This document shows, piece after piece, positions 43,299 to 52,737 of a stretch of 64,000 nucleotides of DNA. Position numbers and translations under genes: made by a program. How positions within the stretch are numbered: the stretch's first letter is position 1; each line of letters opens with the position of its first letter. Where the stretch lies: contig CACGXV010000002.1 of assembly GCA_902577075.1 (NCBI GenBank), positions 42,858 through 106,857 of the forward strand, written 5' to 3'. This stretch comes from an uncultured Pelagibacteraceae bacterium. GTDB taxonomy: Bacteria > Pseudomonadota > Alphaproteobacteria > Pelagibacterales > Pelagibacteraceae. Under the pieces are notes generated by a model. That model did not search any database and was not told the origin of the DNA. It was given only the letters and a program-made list of their open reading frames with translations.

Positions 43299-43991
43299 TT
43301 ATAAACTGAATTTTGATTTATTTGAATCTTTTAAAAAACCTTTCACTGTAGTAATAGTCAATTTCTTAAAACTGTTTCCAAATTTTTCAATCTTTTCAAT
43401 TATTGTTGGTGGAATAGTTATAATTTGGCAACCTAACTGTTTTGCTTGCAAATAATTATAAGGTTCTCTAGTACTTGCCCAGAGAATTTGAACATTTTTA
43501 TATTTTTGAGAAAGTTTTAAACTTTTTTTGAATTGAGGTATTGGATCTTTGCCAGTATCAGCCATTCTACCTGCAAAAATTGAAATTATAACTTTCGTTT
43601 TTTTATTAATATTTTTTAATATTTGTTTAGTTTGTTCTGAAGTGTAGACAGCCGTTATATTTAATTTAATATTATTTTTATTAAGAGTTTTAATAACTTT
43701 TCTCATGAATTTGCCTTGAGAATTTATTACAGGTACTTTTACGTAAACATTTTTACCCCACTTACTAATTTTGTGACCTTGCAAAATCATATTTTCTTCA
43801 TCGTCAGCAAAAACTTCACACGAAATTGGTTTTTTTGTAATTTTTATAATTTTTTTCAAGTAATCTTTATAATTTTTGGCTCCAGCTTTCCTCATTAAAC
43901 TCGGATTTGTTGTAAAGCCTTTTACTATTTTCTTTTTATTGAATTTTTTAATAATTTTAAAGTCAGCAATGTCGCAATAAATCTTAGTCAA
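43299..43991 (-). CDS. tal: Transaldolase family protein (short form)
   Basis: GFTTNPSLM, VYVKVP, LNITAV, SIFAGR.AD, LWASTRE, IITIP. Confidence 0.88.
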   Translation of the reverse strand: MTKIYCDIADFKIIKKFNKKKIVKGFTTNPSLMRKAGAKNYKDYLKKIIKITKKPISCEVFADDEENMILQGHKISKWGKNVYVKVPVINSQGKFMRKVIKTLNKNNIKLNITAVYTSEQTKQILKNINKKTKVIISIFAGRMADTGKDPIPQFKKSLKLSQKYKNVQILWASTREPYNYLQAKQLGCQIITIPPTIIEKIEKFGNSFKKLTITTVKGFLKDSNKSKFSL

Positions 43992-45386
43992 TTATAAACT
44001 CTTAACTATCTCTTCTGTCATTTTTTTTGCATCAGCAAATAGCATTAAGGTGTTGTCTCTATAGAATAGATCGTTATCAATCCCTGCATATCCTGGTGAT
44101 AAACTTCTTTTAACAAACAAAACTGATTTGCTTTTTTCTACATCTAAAACTGGCATACCATATATTGGACTTTGCGGATCTGACTTTGCAATTGGATTAG
44201 TAACATCATTTGCACCAATAACATATGCAACATCACAGTTAGCAAAATCATTATTAATGTCTTCTAACTCGAAAACTTCGTCATACGGCACATTTGCTTC
44301 AGCCAACAAAACGTTCATATGTCCTGGCATCCTTCCTGCTACTGGATGTATTGCATAAGAGACTTTTACTCCATTTTTTTTTAAGACATCTACCATTTCT
44401 CTTAATGCATGTTGAGCCTGCGCTACTGCCATTCCATATCCTGGAACAATAATTACAGAGGAAGCGTTTTTCATTAAAAAAGCAGCATCATCTGCATTAC
44501 CATTTTTTACGGGCTTTTGCTCAGTGTTTTTAGAACTTGTTGATTGATCGGTTGCTCCCCATCCTCCTAGTATTACGTTAAAGAATGACCTGTTCATACC
44601 TTTACACATTATGTAGGAAAGAATTGCACCCGAGGAGCCAACTAAAGCCCCAGTTATAATTAAAGCTGAATTCTCAAGTGTAAAACCAATACCTGCAGCT
44701 GCCCAACCTGAATATGAATTTAACATCGAGATAACAACAGGCATATCCGCGCCTCCAATTGGTATTATCAACAATATACCGACTAAAAAAGATATTAATA
44801 CTATTGACCAAAATATATTTGATGATTGAGATACGCATAAATAGTATATCAAAAATATTATCAAAATCCCTAAAAACAAATTTAAATAATGCTGTCCTTT
44901 AAAAGAAACTGGAGCACCAGACATGATTCCTCTTAATTTCAAAAATGCAATTATTGAACCAGAAAATGTAATTGCTCCAATTGCTGCACCTAAAGACATT
45001 TCAATTAAACTAGCTAATTTAATATTTCCAACAATTCCTAGATTAAATGCCTCTGGTTTTAAAAATGCAGAAATAGCGACAAAAACAGCTGCAAGACCTA
45101 CTAAACTATGAAAGCCAGCAACAAGTTCGGGCATTGCTGTCATAGGAATTTTAAAGGCTATATAGGCCCCAATTGAACCTCCAACTAGAAGAAATACTAA
45201 AACATACACAAATGCAGATCCGAAAGTTCCTACAGTAAGAAAGGTTACAATAATAGAAATCGCCATACCAGCTATTCCAAAATAGTTTCCTCTTCTTGAA
45301 GTCTCAGGTGAAGATAAACCACGCAGAGCCAAAATGAATAAAATTCCTGATACTAAATAGAATAGTGATGATAAGTTAGGTGACAT
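43992..45386 (-). CDS. pntB: NAD(P) transhydrogenase beta subunit
   Basis: [56 protein letters not shown]. Confidence 0.98.
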   Translation of the reverse strand: MSPNLSSLFYLVSGILFILALRGLSSPETSRRGNYFGIAGMAISIIVTFLTVGTFGSAFVYVLVFLLVGGSIGAYIAFKIPMTAMPELVAGFHSLVGLAAVFVAISAFLKPEAFNLGIVGNIKLASLIEMSLGAAIGAITFSGSIIAFLKLRGIMSGAPVSFKGQHYLNLFLGILIIFLIYYLCVSQSSNIFWSIVLISFLVGILLIIPIGGADMPVVISMLNSYSGWAAAGIGFTLENSALIITGALVGSSGAILSYIMCKGMNRSFFNVILGGWGATDQSTSSKNTEQKPVKNGNADDAAFLMKNASSVIIVPGYGMAVAQAQHALREMVDVLKKNGVKVSYAIHPVAGRMPGHMNVLLAEANVPYDEVFELEDINNDFANCDVAYVIGANDVTNPIAKSDPQSPIYGMPVLDVEKSKSVLFVKRSLSPGYAGIDNDLFYRDNTLMLFADAKKMTEEIVKSL

Positions 45387-45388
45387 AT

Positions 45389-45691
45389 TTATTTTTTCTT
45401 CTTTTTATACATTTGCAACATTCTTTGGGTTACTAAAAATCCTCCAAAAATATTGACTGCGGCTAAAATTATAGCAAGGTATCCGAATATATTTGAAGTT
45501 TCAAAAATACTGAATGTTGAGCTAGATAAAGCAGCTATAATAGCTCCAACAATAATTACAGAGGATATTGCATTTGTAACTGACATAAGCGGTGTATGAA
45601 GAGATGGAGTGACACTCCATACGACATAGTAACCAACAAATATTGATAATATAAATATACTTAATCTAAATATAAAAGGATCTATTTCCAT
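45389..45691 (-). CDS. pntAB: NAD(P) transhydrogenase alpha subunit part 2 (membrane)
   Basis: [27 protein letters not shown]. Confidence 0.96.
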   Translation of the reverse strand: MEIDPFIFRLSIFILSIFVGYYVVWSVTPSLHTPLMSVTNAISSVIIVGAIIAALSSSTFSIFETSNIFGYLAIILAAVNIFGGFLVTQRMLQMYKKKKK

Positions 45692-46779
45692 TATTTTACC
45701 ATAGTTTTCTCAATTATTTCATCTTCAAGATTTATTTCAAAATTTTTTTTTTCTTTATCATATAAATTGTTAACAAAATTAAACATATTTTTTGCAAAAA
45801 GATTAGATGCAGAAACGGGAAGTTTATTTAAGATATTAGCTTCACCCATAATTTTTACACCATTACTATCAATAATTTCATTAACTTTTGTTAATTCAGA
45901 GTTCCCCCCTTGAGATGCAGCTAAATCATAAATAACTGAACCATTCTGCATGACAGCAATCATATCTTTTTTAATTATAATAGGTGCTTTTTTTCCAGGT
46001 ATTAAAGCTGTACATATAACAATATCAATTTTCTTTAAAGTTTCTTTTAACAATTCTTCTTGTCTTTTTTTAAAGTCATCTGAAGTCTCTTTAGCGTAAC
46101 CACCTTCAGTTTCTAAATTTTCTGCTCCCTCTACAATTAAGAACTTTCCACCTAAACTCTCAACTTGTTCTTTGGAAGCTAATCTTACATCTGTGGCAAA
46201 AACAATTGCTCCCATTCTTTTTGCAGTTGCAATCGCTTGTAAACCAGCAACACCAGCACCAACAACCAAAACTTTAGCTGCAGAGATTGTGCCTGCCGCT
46301 GTCATCATCATTGGAATTGCTTTTTGAAAATAAGCAAAAGAGTCAACTACAGCCTTGTATCCTGCTAAATTCGCTTGTGAAGATAAAATATCCATCGACT
46401 GGGCTCGTGTTATTCTTGGAAGCAATTCAAGCGAAAAACAATTAATATTTTTAGATGTAATTTCTTTAAGTTTTTTTTCATTTAAATATGGGTTCAAGAC
46501 ACCTATCAAATATTGATTCTCTTTAAGTTTATTTAAATTTTCATCACTTAGAATATTCATTTGCAGTAAAACATCTGATTTTTTAATTACATCTTCATCA
46601 CTAACTAATATATTTGCTCCCTCCACTTTATAGTCATCCTCATTAATACCTAAATGTGAAGCGTAATCTTTTGACAAATTAATTTCTAAACCTAGTGATT
46701 TATACTTTTTTACAACATCAGGAGTTATTGCAATTCTACTCTCAACGTTTTTATCTTCAGATATGGAACCAACTATCAT
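45691..46779 (-). CDS. pntAA: NAD(P) transhydrogenase alpha subunit part 1
   Basis: PRITRAQSMDILSSQANLAGY, GAGVAGLQA, GGYAKE, TALIPG. Confidence 0.96.
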   Translation of the reverse strand: MIVGSISEDKNVESRIAITPDVVKKYKSLGLEINLSKDYASHLGINEDDYKVEGANILVSDEDVIKKSDVLLQMNILSDENLNKLKENQYLIGVLNPYLNEKKLKEITSKNINCFSLELLPRITRAQSMDILSSQANLAGYKAVVDSFAYFQKAIPMMMTAAGTISAAKVLVVGAGVAGLQAIATAKRMGAIVFATDVRLASKEQVESLGGKFLIVEGAENLETEGGYAKETSDDFKKRQEELLKETLKKIDIVICTALIPGKKAPIIIKKDMIAVMQNGSVIYDLAASQGGNSELTKVNEIIDSNGVKIMGEANILNKLPVSASNLFAKNMFNFVNNLYDKEKKNFEINLEDEIIEKTMVK

Positions 46780-46805
46780 AGTCTAATTAAGATATGATCT
46801 ATTCA

Positions 46806-46931
46806 TTACTTCTGTCGAGCTTTAAATTTTGGGTTTTTTTTATTGATTATATAAACTCTTCCTCTTCTTCTAACCAATTTAGAATTTAAATCTCTTTTTT
46901 TTAATGATTTTAATGAACTTGCGATTTTCAT
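46806..46931 (-). CDS. rpmJ: 50S ribosomal protein L36 (type B, Cys-free)
   Basis: Not in ORF track. Manual translation: [41 protein letters not shown]. Confidence 0.96.
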   Translation of the reverse strand: MKIASSLKSLKKRDLNSKLVRRRGRVYIINKKNPKFKARQK

Positions 46932-46933
46932 AA

Positions 46934-47818
46934 TTAAATTTTAGTCTTAATAAACGAACTTATGTAATGTTTCAAACTTATTTTTCCAAATCTTTTAAAA
47001 ACTCTGTTATTTATTGAAATATTTGTCAAAGCTGATGCATATCGCTCTCCTTCTCTATAGGGCAAATATTTAATTTTGCACTTAAACATTTTGGCTACAT
47101 CAATAATTTTATATGAATTTTTATGAGAAATACTGTAATGAGCGTTTTTATTAAGTTTCCAGGCATCGTAGCACACCCTCACAGTATCACTTACATGTGT
47201 GAAAGTTCTTGACTGTGTTCCTGGCTTTACAATTGTTAAAGGTTCACCTTTTTTGTATTGATTTTCAAAAATTCCAATCACCGTTGCCATTTCTCCTTTG
47301 CTAATTTGTCTTTTTCCATAAACATTATAAAAATATATTACTTCAAATTTTAGGTTAAACCATTTTTTTAAGTTTTCTAGTAACTCAAGGTTTTTAGACT
47401 TAGTAAAAGCATATGGTGATAAATTTTTGTCACTTCCATGATTTCCTAAACTAGCTGATGTTGCTGAATAAATTAACTTTATTTTATTATCTAAACAAAA
47501 CTTAAAAACTTCTTTAGTGCCTATTGAATTTGAGTGGAAACATTGATTAAAATATTTGAAACTTTGAAAAATTCTAGAAAACTCACCAAAATGGAAAATA
47601 CTATGTATATTTTTTTTTAATTTTCTAAGTAAAAAATATATTTTTGATGTATCACCTTTAATATATTTAACACGTTTTGAATTTATGTGGTTTTTTTTGG
47701 ACCCGCTAGAATAATTATCTAAACTTATTATTTTAAAATTTGTCTTTTCAATTAATAATTCGATTAAGTTTGAACCTATAAAGCCAGCTCCACCAGTTAT
47801 TATTATATACTTTTTCAT
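46934..47818 (-). CDS. NAD-dependent epimerase/dehydratase (extended SDR)
   Basis: [35 protein letters not shown]. True start is ATG 47818; the ORF-track extension reads through the 5S rRNA. Confidence 0.9.
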   Translation of the reverse strand: MKKYIIITGGAGFIGSNLIELLIEKTNFKIISLDNYSSGSKKNHINSKRVKYIKGDTSKIYFLLRKLKKNIHSIFHFGEFSRIFQSFKYFNQCFHSNSIGTKEVFKFCLDNKIKLIYSATSASLGNHGSDKNLSPYAFTKSKNLELLENLKKWFNLKFEVIYFYNVYGKRQISKGEMATVIGIFENQYKKGEPLTIVKPGTQSRTFTHVSDTVRVCYDAWKLNKNAHYSISHKNSYKIIDVAKMFKCKIKYLPYREGERYASALTNISINNRVFKRFGKISLKHYISSFIKTKI

Positions 47819-47828
47819 GAAGGAATTA

Positions 47829-47944
47829 GCCTGGCAACGTCCTACTCTTCCATGTCTTAAGACAAAGTACCATCGGCGCAGAAAGGCTTGACTTCCGAGT
47901 TCGGAATGGGATCGGGTATTACCCTTTCGCAATAATTACCAGGC
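47829..47944 (-). rRNA. rrf: 5S ribosomal RNA (solitary)
   Basis: Reverse complement: GCCTGGTAATTATTGCG...CCCGATCCCATTCCGAACTCGGAAGTCAAG...GCGCCGATGGTACT...GAGTAGGACGTTGCCAGGC; terminal helix GCCTGG/CCAGGC. Confidence 0.97.
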
Positions 47945-47949
47945 ATGGT

Positions 47950-47978
47950 TTTATACTTACTTATTTTAATTCTGTAAA
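47950..47978 (-). promoter_or_regulatory. Putative sigma70 promoter of the 5S rRNA gene
   Basis: Minus strand TTTACA-17 nt-TATAAA, ending 5 nt before the 5S 5' end. Confidence 0.6.
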
Positions 47979-48029
47979 GAAATCTTATTGTATAAAAAAC
48001 CAATAAAATTTAATCTATTTAGGTAAAAA

Positions 48030-49217
48030 TTAAGATTTTATGAAATTATGTATTTTTTTATGTATGTAATTGATTTCTTTTTTTCCCAATCCCTGGTGAC
48101 AACCAATTAATAAACCATTTTTCATAATATAGTCTGCATTGGGAAATTTATTAACTTTATTTTTGCTATTATTTAAATTTGAAAATGCGGGGTGTCTTAG
48201 TATATTTCCTGAAAATATCGGCCTTGTTTGTATTTGTTTTTTCTCCAAGTACATTTGTAGATCTTTTCTTGAAAATTGATTATTTTTTTTAATTATAATT
48301 GGATAGGCCAAAAAATTTGTGTAAACCCCCTTTAAAATTTTAGGTAGTATAAAAAAATCTTTAAAATTATTAAAAAAATTTCTATGTAAATAAAAATTTT
48401 TATTTCTAATATTAGAAAACTTTTTGAACTTTTTTAGTTGAATAAGTCCAAATGCTGCACCTATTTCTGAAGGCTCAAAATTATAACCTGCCTCTGAAAA
48501 TACAAATTTTTTGTCATATTCAATACCTTTGAGTTTTATATTAAGTCTTTTTTTTATGTTTTCTGAATCTTTTATCAAAGTAGACATTCTTCCCCAGCTT
48601 CTTAAAACTTTTGCTCTTTCATAGTATTTTTTATTGTTAGTAAGTAAGATTCCCCCATTACCTGCGCAACTTATTACATGAGACCCATAAAAACTTGTGA
48701 TAGAAATATCGCTAAAATAACCAGTAGTTTTTTTATAAATTTTAGCTCCTAAGGTATCTGCGGAGTCCTCAACAATTTTAAGATTATACTTATTTGCAAG
48801 TTTCTTAATACTTTTCCAATCAGGAATATTTCCTATTAGATTTGGAATCAATAATAACTTTGTCCTTCTTGAAATTTTATCCTCAATTTTTTCAATATCT
48901 ATTTGTAAAGTTTCAATATTAACATCCACTAAAATTGGTTTTAGATTATAATGTAATAAAGATGAAACTGCAGTTCCAAAATTTAGACAAGGAGTTATTA
49001 CCTCATCTCCAGGTTTTAAATTCAAAACTTTTAAAGCCAACATAATTGCTGAGGAGCCAGAATTTACCATTAAACCAAAAGATTTAGAAAACTTTTTAGA
49101 AATGTTTTTTTCAAACTTAGTCACAGATTTACCCATTTGAGTTGTTTTTCTTAATTGACTTGTGACAGCTTCTATTTCTTTTAATCCATAAACATTTTTT
49201 CCATAGGATATTTTCAT
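48030..49217 (-). CDS. DegT/DnrJ-fold PLP/PMP enzyme, His-type NDP-4-keto-6-deoxyhexose 3-dehydratase-like (RfbH/ColD group)
   Basis: VNSGSSA, PNLIGN, EDSADT, SFYGSH (His at the Schiff-base Lys position), LRSWGR, YDKKFVF...GYN, TRPIFSGNI.RHP. Confidence 0.82.
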   Translation of the reverse strand: MKISYGKNVYGLKEIEAVTSQLRKTTQMGKSVTKFEKNISKKFSKSFGLMVNSGSSAIMLALKVLNLKPGDEVITPCLNFGTAVSSLLHYNLKPILVDVNIETLQIDIEKIEDKISRRTKLLLIPNLIGNIPDWKSIKKLANKYNLKIVEDSADTLGAKIYKKTTGYFSDISITSFYGSHVISCAGNGGILLTNNKKYYERAKVLRSWGRMSTLIKDSENIKKRLNIKLKGIEYDKKFVFSEAGYNFEPSEIGAAFGLIQLKKFKKFSNIRNKNFYLHRNFFNNFKDFFILPKILKGVYTNFLAYPIIIKKNNQFSRKDLQMYLEKKQIQTRPIFSGNILRHPAFSNLNNSKNKVNKFPNADYIMKNGLLIGCHQGLGKKEINYIHKKIHNFIKS

Positions 49218-49229
49218 TTTAATTTTTAT

Positions 49230-50222
49230 CTAATAACTACGTGTATACTTATTTGAATTATCACCAGATATAATTTGATTATGTATCCATTTATAGGTTT
49301 TTTTCAAACCATCTTTAAGTTTTGTACTTGGTACCCAATTCAAATCTTTTTTAATTTTGACATTATCGCTAGATCTACCTCTTACTCCCTTTGGTTTATC
49401 TAAAAGATAATTTTTATTTACTTTAATATCGGCAATATCTTCAATGGTAGATATCATCTGATTTATACTGACTTGTTCATCACTTCCTATATTATACACA
49501 TCTTTTAAATTTGAATTAAATAATTTTTTTGTTCCTTCAATACAATCGTCGATAAACATAAAACTTCTTGTTTGCTCTCCATCACCCCAAACGTCAATCT
49601 CTTTTTGTTTATTTATTTTTGCCAGACATATTTTTCTACATAGTGCAGCAGGAGCTTTTTCCCTTCCACCATCGTAAGTCCCTAAAGGTCCATAAACATT
49701 GTGATATCTAACAACTCGAGTTTCTAAACCAAAGTCTTCATAAAAATGTCTACACATTCTTTCGCTAAAAAGTTTTTCCCAACCATATCCATCTTCTGGC
49801 TGAGCAGGATAAGCATCATCTTCTTTTAATCCTGGTACAAAAACATCCATTTGTTTATCAGCATTATAAACACATGCGCTCGATGAGAAAAAATATTTTT
49901 TTACTTTATTTTCAATACATGCTCTTAATAGATTTGTATTTATTAAAACTGACAGCATACACTCCGCTTTATTATTTTCAATAAAGCCCATTCCTCCCAT
50001 ATTGCATGCCATATTATATATATAGTCAATATTCTTTGTTACCTTTAAACAATTTTGATAATCTTTAAGATCTAATGAATAATTTATATTTTGTTCAAAA
50101 GTTTGAAACCAAAATTCCAATGGTTTAACATCGGCACAAACTACCTCATGACCTTCATCCATTAAAGATTTTACGAGATGACCTCCTATAAAACCACCGG
50201 CACCTGCTATTAAGTATTTCAT
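49230..50222 (-). CDS. GDP-mannose 3',5'-epimerase-like extended SDR
   Basis: GAGGFIG, NMGGMGFI, SSSACVY, AYPAQPEDGYGWEKL, HNVYGP.GT.DGGREKAPAALCRK, GVRGRSSDN. Confidence 0.85.
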   Translation of the reverse strand: MKYLIAGAGGFIGGHLVKSLMDEGHEVVCADVKPLEFWFQTFEQNINYSLDLKDYQNCLKVTKNIDYIYNMACNMGGMGFIENNKAECMLSVLINTNLLRACIENKVKKYFFSSSACVYNADKQMDVFVPGLKEDDAYPAQPEDGYGWEKLFSERMCRHFYEDFGLETRVVRYHNVYGPLGTYDGGREKAPAALCRKICLAKINKQKEIDVWGDGEQTRSFMFIDDCIEGTKKLFNSNLKDVYNIGSDEQVSINQMISTIEDIADIKVNKNYLLDKPKGVRGRSSDNVKIKKDLNWVPSTKLKDGLKKTYKWIHNQIISGDNSNKYTRSY

Positions 50223-50245
50223 AAAAATTTAATATAATTGTTTTT

Positions 50246-51127
50246 TCATTTTGGTCCATATAATTTATTTAAATAATTTTCTGAACCAACCTTTCCAATT
50301 ACTTTTGAATTAATAAATTTATTTTGAACAAAAATTTTTTTTTTTGTTTTGTTTACACTTAAAACTTCATTTATCCAAGATCCAAATCCACCATCTTGAA
50401 TATGATTTTCAAAAGTGACTATTTCGTTATACATTGATAATTTTTTGTATTGACTAGTTTTAACTTTCATACCCCACATTGGGATTGAATACCAATTGAA
50501 TTGTAATTCTTTTTTTTTAAGAAACTTTTTACAATCATTATAGGTAGATCCTGTTGATAATATTAGTTTTTTTGTGTTTTTTTGTTTACTCATTAAATTC
50601 CATTCACCTGGATAAAGATTTTTCTTATCACTTTTTATCTCTATATTTAATGATTTATCTAATCTAAGATATGAAGGCTGGGGATTTTTAAATAAATATT
50701 TCAATGAACTTTTCAATTCATTGTTATCTAAGGGTGAACATATTAGTGTATTAGGTAAAGATCTTATCAAAGAATAATCTTGCAAACCATGATGTGTATA
50801 TCCCAAATTTCCATATCCCAAACCTGAGCCAACAGAAACTATAGTAACTGGCAAGTTATGAAAATCTATATCATTTCGAATTTGCTCAGCACATCTGAAA
50901 GTTGGAAAATTTGCAATGGAATACACAAAAACCTTAAATCCACTCATTGAAAGACCAGCCGCAATACCAATCATAGATTGTTCAGAAACTCCAGCATTAA
51001 AAAATCTATTTGGAAACTCTTTTTTAAAGGGTTCAACTACATTGAAACCTAAATCTCCAACTATTAAAACTATTTTTTCATTCAATCTTGCTTCCTTAAC
51101 GAGGATATCTATAAACAAATTCCTCAT
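50246..51127 (-). CDS. Transketolase-like C-terminal subunit (split TK)
   Basis: GDLGF, NAGVSEQSMIG.AAG, RCAEQIRND, LGYTHH, PSYLRL, ENH...GGFGS. Confidence 0.88.
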   Translation of the reverse strand: MRNLFIDILVKEARLNEKIVLIVGDLGFNVVEPFKKEFPNRFFNAGVSEQSMIGIAAGLSMSGFKVFVYSIANFPTFRCAEQIRNDIDFHNLPVTIVSVGSGLGYGNLGYTHHGLQDYSLIRSLPNTLICSPLDNNELKSSLKYLFKNPQPSYLRLDKSLNIEIKSDKKNLYPGEWNLMSKQKNTKKLILSTGSTYNDCKKFLKKKELQFNWYSIPMWGMKVKTSQYKKLSMYNEIVTFENHIQDGGFGSWINEVLSVNKTKKKIFVQNKFINSKVIGKVGSENYLNKLYGPK

Positions 51128-51131
51128 ATTT

Positions 51132-51905
51132 TTATTTATTGAGTTCCTCTAAACCTAGTTTTAATTCATGATCATTTGGTGGTTTGTAATGCCATAGTAC
51201 TTTATTTTCCATAAAACTTATTCCTTTTCCTTTTATAGTATTTGCAATAATCACAAGTGGTCTATTTGAACTATTTTTTAAAGATTTAAAAATTTCTTTA
51301 TGGTTATGACCATCAATCTCTAATACTTTACATCCAAATGAGGTAAATTTTTTTTTTAATGGCTGTAATTTAAGAGTTTTATTAACAAAATCTAGACTTT
51401 GGATTTTATTATAATCTATTATGATAACTAAATTATTCAAATTGTGGTGAGATATGAAGAGTAAAGATTCCCAATTTGAACCTTCATTTAATTCACCATC
51501 ACTTAAAAGAACAAAAACTTTGCCATTTTTATTTATTATTTTTTTTGATAAAGCGATACCAGCTGAAACAGGTAATCCGTGTCCCAATGAACCTGTCGAT
51601 AAATTTACACCTGGTACTTTATGACTAGAATGTGACATTAAAATTGTTCCATTTTTACCGAAAGTATCAAGTGTTTTTTTTTTAATATAACCCAACTCAT
51701 AAAGCAGGCAATATTGTGCAAGACATGCGTGTCCTTTACTCAGGATGAAAATATTTCTTTTATTTTTTTGCATAAAATTAAAATAGATATTTACTATTAA
51801 ATCTACAATTGAGAGGGAGCTAGCTATATGAGCCGATTTGGCTGCATGTGAAATTTTTAATATGTTTTTTCTGATTTTTTTTGATATTTGATCAATATTT
51901 TTCAT
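51132..51905 (-). CDS. Transketolase-like N-terminal ThDP-binding subunit (split TK)
   Basis: HIASSLS, FILSKGHA, STGSLGHG, SDGELNEGSNWE...DYNKIQ, TIKGKG.SFMEN...WHY. Confidence 0.9.
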   Translation of the reverse strand: MKNIDQISKKIRKNILKISHAAKSAHIASSLSIVDLIVNIYFNFMQKNKRNIFILSKGHACLAQYCLLYELGYIKKKTLDTFGKNGTILMSHSSHKVPGVNLSTGSLGHGLPVSAGIALSKKIINKNGKVFVLLSDGELNEGSNWESLLFISHHNLNNLVIIIDYNKIQSLDFVNKTLKLQPLKKKFTSFGCKVLEIDGHNHKEIFKSLKNSSNRPLVIIANTIKGKGISFMENKVLWHYKPPNDHELKLGLEELNK

Positions 51906-52015
51906 TTTTACATACTATATCAATCTAGTTTAATAACAATTATCTTTGATAAAATTAAAATATAAAAAGATTTTGATTAATCAATGATTTTAATATCTAA
52001 TTTAAAAGAAAAACA

Positions 52016-52735
52016 ATGTTTAAAAAGTTAAAATATAAAATTAAAAAAACAAATTTAGGAATATTAATTTTAAAATTTAAATTTCTTTTAAACTTAGGAT
52101 TAGAAAAAGAAGCAAAGTACCTGAAAAAAAATTATACATTTGAAAACTCCGCAGATATTGGTTCAAATGCAGGATACTATTCAAACACTCTTTTAAAAAT
52201 TAGTAAAAGGGTATTTTCATTTGAACCTATAAAATACCATTGCATTAATCAGAAAAAAATATTTAAAAATAAAAATATAATAGTTTATAATTTTGGTCTT
52301 GGTAACAAAAAAGGTAAGAAAAAACTTTTTATTCCAAAAAATAATGATCCAGAAGCATCCTTTATAAATTCAAATACTGAATTTGATAGTATATTTGTAA
52401 ATCTAGAAAGAGGAGATTACTTTTTCAAAAGTAAAAAAGTTGATTTCATTAAAATTGATGTAGAGGGTTATGAATTAGATGTACTTAAAGGTTTAAGTTA
52501 TCAATTTAGCAATTTTAAACCCTTACTCCTTATAGAAATTGAAAAAAGACACAACAAAAATTTTTTAAAAGTTTTTAATTTTTTAAAGAACCTAAATTAT
52601 AAAATATTTTATTTAAGAAATGAAAATGAATTAAAAGAAATTCCAATAAATGATATTAATAAATTCTTAGAAAATAAACAAAAAATTGAATTTTTAAATA
52701 GTGAAAAATATGTAAATAATTTTTTTTTTAAATAA
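52016..52735 (+). CDS. FkbM family methyltransferase
   Basis: DIGSNAGYY, SFEP, FIKIDVEGYE..VLKG. Confidence 0.9.
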   Translation: MFKKLKYKIKKTNLGILILKFKFLLNLGLEKEAKYLKKNYTFENSADIGSNAGYYSNTLLKISKRVFSFEPIKYHCINQKKIFKNKNIIVYNFGLGNKKGKKKLFIPKNNDPEASFINSNTEFDSIFVNLERGDYFFKSKKVDFIKIDVEGYELDVLKGLSYQFSNFKPLLLIEIEKRHNKNFLKVFNFLKNLNYKIFYLRNENELKEIPINDINKFLENKQKIEFLNSEKYVNNFFFK

Positions 52736-52737
52736 AT

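Noticed and set aside
43261-43455. 64-aa ORF MRSAVQIRPPQP...
   Set aside because: It overlaps tRNA-fMet and is antisense to tal; spurious.
39206-46931. Zinc-sparing set (Cys-free L31 and L36, class I aldolase)
   Set aside because: These forms are common in alphaproteobacteria and not specific to this genome.
47819-47932. 38-aa N-terminal extension of the SDR in the ORF track
   Set aside because: It is in-frame read-through of the 5S rRNA sequence. The Rossmann motif begins right after ATG 47818.
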